Of a DNA stretch of 64,000 bases, positions 53,451 to 64,000 are shown one piece after another; the first letter of the stretch is position 1; the number at the start of each line of letters is the position of its first letter. The stretch is from Camelus ferus (taxonomy: Eukaryota): positions 23,314,001 to 23,378,000 of the forward strand of contig NC_045697.1 in NCBI RefSeq assembly GCF_009834535.1, written 5' to 3'. The notes under the pieces are model-generated. The model was not told the DNA's origin and made no database searches. It worked only from the letters and a program-made list of their open reading frames with translations. Position numbers and translations under genes: made by a program.

Positions 53451-55914
53451 ATGTTAGAGGGAAAATAATACTGTTAAATCTATTAAACAATACAGGGACA
53501 TAATACATCTTTCATTCTAGAAAAACTGTATCACCAAATGGCTAATACAATTTAAATTCCATAAAAAGGTATCAAAGTTTACATATCTTACAAACTTTGG
53601 TATGATTCAATTTATTTATTTGTTTTATGGGGTTGTAATAATAATTTATGAAGTGCTATTTCACCCTCAAAAGAGATGGGCTAACATCACAGTTTCAAAA
53701 TTACCAAGTATTTTGTTTTACCACACCTGTCAAAGGCTTAGGTAAGTTTTGTCATTGAGGTTTTTGGTCCATTTTTCAAAACAGACATAAAAACAATTGT
53801 ACTCAGTTTTTTTGTAAAGGAAAAAGGGATGTCAACAATTCATAAAATGGAAGAAATTATTTAATAAGGCTATAACCCTTATAACCAAATAATGTGGAGA
53901 AGCAATATATATATAATAACTCTTCCAATATGTATCAAGCTTCAAAGTATTTTTGATGTTTTCTACTAATTAAAAGGACTCACTCGAGCTACATTCACAA
54001 AATATTTCAAATGGTCATATTTAAACTTTTGATGTTTTACCTTAGTGTTTATCTTTAAAATTGTAATCATCTCTATGATGCTACTTTGAATCTGCTCTAA
54101 ATTTACTATACTAACTTTTGTGATGCCTCAACTATTGGCACAGCGTTCTAAACAATTCTGAGGGATGACTGAGGTAATCACTTTGAATAATTCCTCAAGT
54201 GGCAAAATTCTGCCATTTGCTTAAGAAAACTTTCAAAATAAGCTCAATTACCACTACGAGAAAAAGTTTCTACTTAGTCAACTCTTATTATAGTTGTTTC
54301 TTTATTTTTAATTTCACACTATCTTGGCATTAACTTAACCATCAATCATGTTGCATCTGTATTCCTGTAGTGTTTTCTCCATCCTTTCATATAGCAATTG
54401 TTGCCAAGAAGCTCCACAAGGAGAAAGATTATTTTTAATCTCAGTAACTATGTTTAATAAGGTTTTAATACATTTTATTTGAATAAAATTTTCATCAAGG
54501 ACAATAGAAGGCAAATTAATTTTCTAAAAAGATAAGTTGCCTACATTGAAATGCTAGTCAACAAAAAAAATCTATAGACATACCTTATATCTAAAATATT
54601 TTCTGAAAAAAAGTCCTAAAATTTCCTCTGTTAAGATGGGGTATAATCTTCAGGAGTAATCTTAAATTGTAGGGCACATATTATATTAGGTAAGATGAAG
54701 ATATAAATACTAAAAAAATGTTGTATGTGTAGAGAGCCTTTTACAGTGAATACATATTTTACACACATTTGCTTCTTGGAACATCCATATACAGCAGTTA
54801 GACCTGGTATTATTACTCTTCCACTTCAGAGGAGAACATTAAAAGACTAAAATCTTAAGTTATTTTTCCTAAAAATACTCAACAACCAAATGACATTGGG
54901 ATATTATCCAGGTTTCCTAGCTCCAGGTTTATATTCTTTCTACTAAATCATTACATAAATTCAACAGACAGAGTTATGCAATAAAATATCTGTATTAAAG
55001 CCATGAAACCATAGAGAATAAGGATAAAACTTGTACATTAGGACTATTGATAAAGAAATAGAAAGAAAGACTCTGAGGAGAATTTAAACATGAAGTTTTA
55101 AATGTGTCACACCTAACAAGGCTGCAATATGGAATAAAACTCTACTTGTATCACTATGAAGAGCTGAAGAAATGAATATAATTACTTAAAAATTGAATTT
55201 ATGTAAACCACAAAATATAAGAAATATCCCAAAGTATATTTATGATATAAAAAGCTATGCTCATTTGATTTAAAATTATGATTAAGGGAGAAAAGGCAAA
55301 CACTAACGCAGTCCACTGTTAATCAAATACACACCTAACCTCTTTCAAGGTCTGAATCTTCTTTAGAACAAAATGTAATATAGAGGTCAGGCACCAAAGG
55401 GTCAAAAATAACAGGAAAGATAAACACCATTTATTTCCCTGTGAAGAAAATTTGTAGCTAGACTAGTGATGCAGTACTTACATTATGCTGACACACAGGC
55501 TGTTAAGACTTATGTGGAAAGCTGGGTTCAGGAAAATAATAACGTGCAATTGTGCATAGTTTTGAAGGATGGTGGTAGCATCTGTGTTACACTGTCCTTG
55601 CTGACTAAATCACTCTTGTTTATTGGAATCTACTTTAGGGGCAAAATTTTTGCAGAACACTGGAATTGAATCTAATGGATAAAGATTTTATATTGCCTTT
55701 GGGATGCTATTCTACAGAGGCATCATTTGAAGTCTCACATTTATATCAAATTAATGTCAAGGTTGTTTGCAAAAGTTTTTGCTGCTCTGAAAAATTCTAT
55801 TAACTGAAGCCAGAGAATTTCTTTATAATTCAACATTCTTTTTCCTCTTTCACTATCATTTTTCACCTTATTAAGGTGGCAAAATAAAAGGTATATCTTT
55901 TATGTATAACAATT

Positions 55915-56130
55915 AAGGTTTTAGGTTCAGAAGACTTGCACTTCAAATCTGAATTTTTCTACTTAGCTAAATGCCCATATGCATGTTACGTGTACTACTT
56001 TAATCTATTAGATTTCTAGAAGAACAAAAAAGATGAAATTAACACCTACCACTTAGGGTGAATATTAAACAACATAATACTTACCAAGAACACAAAGCCA
56101 TGCCTTTTATATATTAGGTACTGATAACAT
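55915..56130 (+). mobile_element. MIR SINE
   Basis: ttcagaagacttgcacttcaaatctg...tctacttagct...acacctaccacttagggtg. Confidence 0.55.
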
Positions 56131-56229
56131 ATTCATGGAAGATTCTGCTATTTGCTCCTCCACAAAGCATAACATTCCTTCTTCATTACCATTAGAACAC
56201 TTGATGCTACATGAATTAGAATTGAAGGT

Positions 56230-56600
56230 GATTATCAGCTTCATCCCTCTGCAGCTAGAAATGATCCATTAAATGAGTTAAAGCAGAATTTAGGTTGTGC
56301 TTTCCTTATTAAAATTCATATCCTTCTCCCTTAGTATGTCATTTTCATTCAGACTGGAAAATAGATGCAGACTGATGATGCAGCAGCCATCTTGAAGCCA
56401 AAAGGATAGACTACACCCTTAAGATATTAGAATGCCCAAGTGATAATTTTAAAAAATGATTGGTTCCTTAATGTTACCATGTTTCTACTCCATCCTAAAA
56501 TGCTTATCTCTGGACATATTAGAGAACATGAGAAAAATAAACAACTAGTTGTTAAAGGTATTCTATCAGCTATTCCATTGAATGCATATAAACACATTCA
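56230..56600 (+). mobile_element. MLT1J-like LTR
   Basis: gatgcagcagccatcttga...tggttccttaatg...catgagaaaaataaac. Confidence 0.55.
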
Positions 56601-57042
56601 TCAGTGAATTAAGTCTTGATGGGATCTAATAATGTATTTTTAGTCATTTCTGCTATGTAAGATCTTATCTCACATGATGTTATGACTATCCTATTCTAAT
56701 TGTATCAAAAAGTTCATTTAAAAACTATTATTGAAATTATTTATCTATCAACTTTATAAGAAACAATAAAAGCCAACTGGCATATTAAATAGAAACTATA
56801 TAGGGTACTCACTATGTCTAGATGGACTGCATTCTTATAAATGTCAACACAGTTTTATGTAAACCTCATGGTAACCACAAAGCAAAAACCTATAGTAGAT
56901 TCACAGAAGATAAAGAAAATAGAGAATTAGAACATACCAATACAGAAAATTACTACTTCACAAAGGAAGGTATCAAGAACATCAAAAAGAAACAAGGGAA
57001 CCAAAAAAAAAAAAAAAAAAAAGGCCATAAAACAATTAAAAG

Positions 57043-60000
57043 ATGGCATTAGTAAGCCCTTATCTATCAACACTTAATCTAAATGTAAGTGAATTGAATT
57101 CTCTAATCAAAAGGCATATAGAGTGGCTAGATAGGAAAACACAAGGCCCAACTATATGCTGCCTACAAAAGACTTACTTCAGCTTTAACGACACATATAG
57201 ACTCAAAGTGAAGGGGCAAAAAAAGATATCTCATGCAAGTGGAAATCAAAAAAGAGCAGGGATAGCTATACTCATACAGAACAAAATAGACATTAAGCCA
57301 AAAACAGTAACAAAAGACAATGAAGGTTGTTGCATTATGATAAAATGCTCAATTCATCAAGAAAATATAAATCATAACTATATACACATACAACATTGGA
57401 GTACCTAAATATGTTAAGCAAATACTAACAGATTTGAAGAGAAAAATAGAAAATAACACAATACTAGGTCACTTTAATACCCTAATTTCAGCAATGGATA
57501 TATCATCTGGACAGAAGATGAACTGAAAAAAAAAGAAAATTGGAATTGAACAATACTTTAGACCAAATGGACCTAACAGACAAAGATAGAACATTCCATC
57601 AACAGCAGCAGGATACACATTCCTCTTAAGGGCACATAGAACATTCTTCAGAACAGATTATATGAAAGGCCACAAAACAAATCTTAGCAAATATAAGAAG
57701 ATCGAAATCACAACAAGTACCCTTCTGATTAGAAAATACGAAAATAGAAATCAATAACAGGAGAAAAACTGAACAGTTTACAAATACATACAAATTAAAC
57801 AACATACTCCTGGGTCAAATGGGTCAAAGAAGAAATCAAAAAGGAAATAAAAGTATATCTTAAATAAAAATGGAGAAAAAAATTATACTAAACCTGTGAG
57901 ATGCTACAAAAGCAGTCCTAAGAGGAAAGTGTACAGCAATAAATCAGTATTACTAGGAAAAAAGAAAGACCTCTTGAAACAAATTAACTTCATACTTTAT
58001 GGAACTAGAAAAAAGAAGAACAAGATAAGCTTAAAGTTGGAAGAAGAAAGGAACTAACAAAGATTGGCAGAGAAATAAAATGAAATAGAGACCAGAAACA
58101 CAATGGAAAAGATCAATGAAACTAAAAGTTTATATCTGAAAAGAAAACAAAACTGACAAATATTTAGCTAGACTAACTAAAGTAGAGAAAACTCAAATAA
58201 ATAAATCAGAAATGAACAAAGAGACACTCCAACTGATACCATGAAATACACAGTATTTTAAGAGCCTACTATGTACATTAGAATGCCAACAAATTGAGTA
58301 ATCTAGAAAAATGGATAAATTCCTAGAAACTTACAACTTACAAAGACTATATCATAAAGAAATAGAAAATATTAAAAGTATAATAATGAATAAGGAGATT
58401 CAATTAGTAGCCAAGAACCTCCCAAAAGAAAAGCCCAGGACCAAATGGTTTCACTGGTAAAGCCTACCAAACATTTTAAAAAGAATTAGTGCCAATCCTT
58501 CTCAAATTCTTTCAGAAATTGTAGATAAAGGAACAGAACCGAACTCTTTTTATGAGACCAGCATAACCCTGATACCAAAGCTAGATAAAGATACTACAAT
58601 AAAATAAAACTACAGAGAAATTCTCCTATGAATATTGATTTAAAGTTACTCAATAAAATATTAAGAAAAATCTGAATAGCACATTGAGGAATCATACATC
58701 ATGATTAACGGGGTTTTATCACTAGGACGCAAAGATTCAATACGCCCAAGTTAATAACTATAATACACCACATTAATGAAATGAACTATAAAAATCATTT
58801 GACAAAATACATTGTTTTACAATAAAAAAACTGTTAACAAATTGCATGTAAAAGGAACAAACCTGAATGTAATAAAGACCATATATGACAAACCCATAGC
58901 AAACACCAAACTCAATAGTGAAAGTTTGAACATTGTTCCTCTAAGATCACAAATAAGACAAGGGTGCCCAGTCTCACCAATCTTATGCAAAACAGTGCTG
59001 GAAGTCCTAATCAGATCAGGCCAGACAATGAAAGAAAAGGCATTTAAATCAGAAAGGAAGAAGTAAACTTGTCCCTGTTTGCAGATGGTATAATATTATA
59101 TGTAGAAAATCCTGAAGACGCCATCAAAAAACTGTTAAAAGTAATCAACAAATTCAAAAAGTTGCAGGATACAAAATCAACACTAAGAAGTCAGCTGTAT
59201 TTCTATACACTAACAACAAAATATCTGAAAAAAAGAAATAAATAAAATAATCCTATTTACAGTAACATCAAAAACAATAAAATACTTAGGAGTGATTTTG
59301 ACCAAGGAGGTGAAAGATCTTGTACCTGAGAGTATAAGACATTGATGGAAGAAACTGAAGACACTACAAATTAAAAGATATTCATGTTCATGGATTGAAA
59401 GAATTAATGCTGTTAAAATTTTCACAACATTCAAAGCCATCTATAGATTCAGTGCAATTTCTATCAAAATTCTAATGCCACTTTTCAGAATAAGAGATTA
59501 AACAATCCTAAAATTTGTATGAAACCAAAAAAGACCCTGAATAGCCAAAGCAATCCTGAGAAAGAAAAGAAAAGAAAAAAGAGCCCAAGGCATCACACTT
59601 AAAGCTATACTACAAAGATATATTAATCAAAACAGTGCAGAAGTGGCATAAAAACAGACACAAAAAATAATGCAATAGAATAGAGGGCCCAGAAAGAAAC
59701 CCTACATATATGGTCACCTAATGTTTGATATGGGAATTGAGAATACTCAATGGGGAAAGGATAGTCTCTTCATTAAATGGTGCTGGGAAAACTGGATAAC
59801 CATGTGCAAAAAAATGAAGTCGAATCCTTATCTTACAACACTCAGAAAAATTAACTTAAAATGGATTAAAGAGTAAAATATAAGAACTGAAATTGAAAAA
59901 CTTCCTAGAAGAAAAAAATAGGAAATAAATTCCTTGATACTGGTTTTGGTAGATTTTTTTAATATGGCACCAAAAGCACAAGCAATAAAAGCAAAAATCA

Positions 60001-60672
60001 GTAAGAGGGACTATGTCAAACTAAAAAGATTCTTCACAGCAGAAGAAATCATCAACAAAATGAAAAGGCAACTCACAAAATAGAAGATGTTTGCAAACCA
60101 TATATCTGATATGGGCTTAATATGTAATATGTATAAAGAACTTATAAAACATTAATAGAAGAAATAATCTGATTTTTTTAAATGGGCAGAAGAGCTGAAT
60201 AAACATTTTCCCAAAGAAGACATACAGATGCCTAACAGGTACATGAAAAGGTTTTCAACATCAGTAATCATCAGTGAAATACAAATAAAAACCACAATGT
60301 GATATCACCTCATACATGTTAGAATGGCTTTCAACAAAAACACAAGACGTAAGTGTTGTCAAGGATTTGAAGGAAAGAGAACTCTTATGCACTGTTGATA
60401 TAAATGTAAATTGATACAATCACTATGGAAAACTATATAAAGATTTATCAATAAATTAAAAACAAAACTACCATATGATCAATCAATTCCACTTCTGGAA
60501 TTGATCTGGAATCACATCTATACATCCAAAGGAAATGAAAACGGAATATTGAAGAGATGTATGCACTCCTATGTTGCTGCAATATTAGTCATAGTAGCTG
60601 AGATAATGGAAACCACATAGGTATCTGTCAATTAATGAATGGATAAAGAAGATGTCACATGTGTATTTGTCT

Positions 60673-60723
<51 letters not shown>

Positions 60724-60830
60724 AAGAATATTATTCAGCATGAAAAAGAAGGAAATCCTGCCACTTGTGACAATATGGATGGACCCTGAAGGTATTGTGG
60801 TAAATAAAATAAGTCAGACAGAGAAAGATA
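57043..60830 (+). pseudogene. L1 ORF2 (APE endonuclease-reverse transcriptase), multiply disrupted
   Basis: N-terminus MALVSPYLSTLNLNVSELNSLIKRH...PTICCLQKT...QKRAGIAILI; RQGCPVSP; LFADGIILY (decayed FADD) near 59075. Confidence 0.93.
60676..60721 (+). repeat. (CA)n microsatellite in L1
   Basis: Directly visible. Confidence 0.97.
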
Positions 60831-61021
60831 AACACTGCCTGGTATCACTTAGTGTAATCTATAAATTTGAATTCATCAGAACAGAGTAGGGTAGTTGTTG
60901 CCAGGGACTAGAGAATGGGGAAAATGGGGAGATGTGGTTAAATGTACAAACTTCCAGTGAGAGGATGAAAAGTTCTGGGGATCTAATACACAGAATTGTG
61001 ATTATAGTTAACAACAAAGTA

Positions 61022-61227
61022 TAGCTGACCCTTGAAAAATACAGGTGTTGGGGGCGCCTACTTCGGCACAAAAATTCAAGTATAACTTTACACTTGGCCT
61101 CCATGGTTCTTCATCCATGAATTCAACTAACTGTAGATCTTGTAGAATTATAGTGTGTATTTATGGAAAAAATTCATATATAAGTGGACCCATGTAGTTC
61201 AAACCCATGTTGTTCAAAGGTCAACTG
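61022..61227 (-). mobile_element. Tigger2a-type MITE inserted in the L1 3'UTR
   Basis: TIRs tagctgacccttgaa / ttcaaaggtcaactg; TA TSD at 61020-61021 and 61228-61229; L1 sequence resumes after it. Confidence 0.88.
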
Positions 61228-61591
61228 TATTATATATATTCAAAAGTTTCTAAGAGGGTAGATCTTAAGTGTACTCACCATAGAAAAGAAACGGTAATTA
61301 AGTGACAGGATGAAGATGTTAGCTAATATCAAGGTGGTAATCGCTTTGCATCACACATGAGTATCATATTGACATGATGCACATCTTAAACTTACACAAA
61401 GTTATATGTCAATTATAGCTCAACAAAGCAGAAAAAAATAAGTGCCAGGTAAAATAGGTAAGGCATTCAACACAGAAAAATACTGTGGTACCACAAGAAA
61501 AATAACTGACTCTAGGTAAAGGGGAGCTTTCATCACTGATTGCTATTTTGAGTCATCTGAGAAATTCTTCTCGAAAATACTGGCTTTCCAA

Positions 61592-61861
61592 CAGATATAG
61601 AAAACAAACTTATGGCTACCAAAGGGAAATTGGGGAGGGATAAATTAAGAGTTTGGAATTAACAGACGCACAGTACTATGTATGAAGTAGATAAACAACA
61701 AGGTCCTAATGCACTTGACAGGGAACTACATTCAATATCTCATAACAGCCTATAATGAAAAAGAATATATATAACTGAATCATTATGTATTCAGTTATGA
61801 ATCAGAAAGTAACATAAGACTGTAAATCAAGTAAACAATAAAAAAATTTGTCAAAAAAAAT
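61592..61861 (+). mobile_element. Lineage-specific L1 3' end with TSD, inserted in a probable hAT relic
   Basis: gaaaacaaacttatggctaccaaaggg...gataaacaacaaggtcc; TSD atactggctttccaa (61577-61591) vs atattggctttctaa (61862-61876), 13/15. Confidence 0.88.
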
Positions 61862-62210
61862 ATATTGGCTTTCTAATTATATCATAATCACTAAAGATTT
61901 ATCATGACAACAATTTGACTCATTTTGAGAAACACTGCCCCTAGAGCAACATACTCCTAATCAAATCTTAAACAGGGAAAAGGCATACTCTTCCAGTGGA
62001 ACATATGAAAAATGCAGAGTTCAAATCTGCTAATTATAGGATTTTTTTAATATTTCTGTGAAAATAATTACATTTTTATTTAATTTTTAAATTTTTCTAA
62101 AGCTTTCTAATTCATTTAATGGGTAATTATTTTATTCTGTTGATCTGTACCACTAAAAAAACTATTTCAGCATCTGCTAGTCTTTAGTTATTTGTTTCTG
62201 CTAGAGGGCC

Positions 62211-62238
62211 AGTGTGTGTGTGCATGTGTGTGTGTGTG
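62211..62238 (+). repeat. Imperfect (TG)n
   Basis: Directly visible. Confidence 0.85.
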
Positions 62239-64000
62239 CTAATGGTTTGTATCTTTTGATGTATAATATTTATGAAATTTACTTCACATATCAACAAAAA
62301 CTCTGACTAATGGCACCTACTTTTGTGTTAGTGTTTTATATGTTATACAACTTGCACAAAATATCTTTGATTTAAGCTAAATAAACATAACCAGATAAAA
62401 TTCTGCAAGCAAAATTTTAAAAACTTAGAGTATCCCTTGAACAAACAGTGGGAAATGTTTGCAGATTTGTACTTAATAGTTTATATTGTTTAGTTTAGGT
62501 ACAACACAATGTAACTAAACCAAAACAAAACTGCATACAAAGTCCGTGTGCTCTAAAATTCTGTGATTTTTACACATTTTATGGGTCTATTTTGACATTG
62601 GTACATCTAGCGAAATCTTAATCCATTTCTTTGAGAAGCAGCAAAAGTAAGGCCAACTCAATTGACCATGTATTATAAATAGAATTTGAGTGTAGGTTTA
62701 GGAAATGGTGTCAAGACTGCACTTCAAATTGATTTTAATACCAGTCCGGGGGTGGTATAGGGTAGGTGTCTTCAGACTGTATTTAAGTGGAGACTCTGAT
62801 GAATTTTGAAGAACAGAATGGCAGAATGAAATCTATATTTTAGCAAGATTAATTTGGCAGTGCTACATTAAATGGATTGACAGAAATAACAATTTAAGGG
62901 CAAAACACCAGCTAGGAAGCTATTACTGTGGTTTGACTTAAATGTGTTGGTAAAAAGTTAAATAGCAATAGAAATATTACAACAAAGAAATATATTAGAT
63001 ATCAAAATAACCTCAGGAATAAAACAGGGACAACAAAAAATACCCATTTCTAATTCCATGTAGTCCAAAGAATGTTCATGAATATTAATGAAAAAGAGGA
63101 ACAGGAAAAATATGAAACACCTGAATATGAAATAGAAGCCACTGAAGATGTGTAGCAGTCCTAGAATAAGCATGGAACCTAGATATAAAAATTATGTAAA
63201 TAATTCCAAACTCTTTCTTAGGAACAGTAGTTGTAGTTCAATGGAAGTTTTCCTAGAATAACAATGATTGCCATGTGTTAGTTGTTATAAAGGACCTTTC
63301 GTGGTTAGGCTAAAACCATCTCCCCTGCTAGACAAATTGCCGGGTTCAGTTTGCTGCCTTTGTATCCAAGACCTCTTGCACCATCAGTGTACTCTTACCA
63401 GCCCCTTTCTGGTTCTCTTGTTGATCTGTGATGATGCTCAGGAGAACCAAGAAATACTAAGACTTTTTTCTATAAACTATATTTTGCTTGGGTCTGAAAA
63501 GACCCTTATGAAAATAAGAAAGGGCGGGATAAATTCTACCTTTTTTCCCTGATAGTAACCTGATGTTCCAATGATATGCTTTCTATGTGATTATTTTCTA
63601 GAATTGTTTTGTTAATCTGCCCCTTATACTAAACTATGTCCATTAAACCAATGGACAAGAGAGATCTAAAATACAAATGCAAATTATTCACTACAGTTAT
63701 TTTGGTTCAACAGTGTTAAAAATGACTATGTTCTATTTGAAACTTATATTTAATTATTCATAGAATCATAGCTAAAATTTTAAGTAAATTAAAAATTGTA
63801 AAATCCAGACTTCCTGCATTCAGGAATTTCAAATATAATTATTCCATTTTCAAATGAGTTTACTGACACACAGAAGAGTTAAACCATTTACTTACAATTA
63901 TATAGCCAGATAGCGAACTAGATCCCAATAATTCAGTCTCCCCTTTCATTGTTTCTTCCCTTATTCCCATTTCCCTTCAATAGTTATTGCAATATTATTG

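Larger units (their letters stand above)
56840..61440 (+). mobile_element. 5'-truncated L1 (L1MA9-like), ~4.6 kb: inter-ORF, decayed ORF2, 3'UTR
   Basis: Continuous L1 similarity to 3' end ttatatgtcaattatagctcaacaaagc; possible decayed TSD ataaatgtca / ataagtgcca. Confidence 0.95.

Noticed and set aside
56840..61440. Potentially active L1
   Set aside because: No 5'UTR or ORF1, many stops and frameshifts, catalytic FADD decayed, interrupted by a Tigger2a
652..63552. ORF track entries as host genes
   Set aside because: All are short (max 166 aa). Many are microsatellite translations (YLSI, CV, HT, poly-N) or sense/antisense pieces of L1 and LTR elements; none resembles a cellular protein I recognise.
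1..64000. Novel multi-gene system (defence, CRISPR or operon-like)
   Set aside because: Mammalian repeat-rich non-coding DNA with no gene cluster, regular spaced array or intact enzyme ORF

Overview
AT-rich, CpG-depleted eutherian (mammalian) genomic DNA, most likely intronic or gene-desert. It is dominated by decayed interspersed repeats: many LINE-1 pieces (including a ~4.6 kb ORF2+3'UTR copy), L2, MIR, MaLR (MLT1) and ERVL/ERV1 LTRs, hAT-Charlie and Tigger2 DNA-transposon relics, and microsatellites. No intact protein-coding gene, RNA gene or prokaryote-type system is supported; the listed ORFs are repeat fragments or chance. Best-supported structures: (1) an internally deleted ERV1 (MER34/MER39-like LTR) provirus on the minus strand, 33366-36489, with two LTRs, a tRNA-Ser primer-binding site and a gag capsid relic; (2) a young-looking ERV2-type solo LTR, 3308-3876, with a perfect 6-bp TSD, nested in an MLT1 that is nested in another MLT1; (3) a local duplication plus inverted templated insertion inside an old L1, 21480-22490; (4) a speculative promoter/first coding exon near 48350-49017. 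L1 3' ends and the lack of recognisable lineage SINEs suggest a cetartiodactyl, possibly a camelid (inference). Repeat family names come from recalled consensus sequences, not a database search, and most boundaries are approximate.
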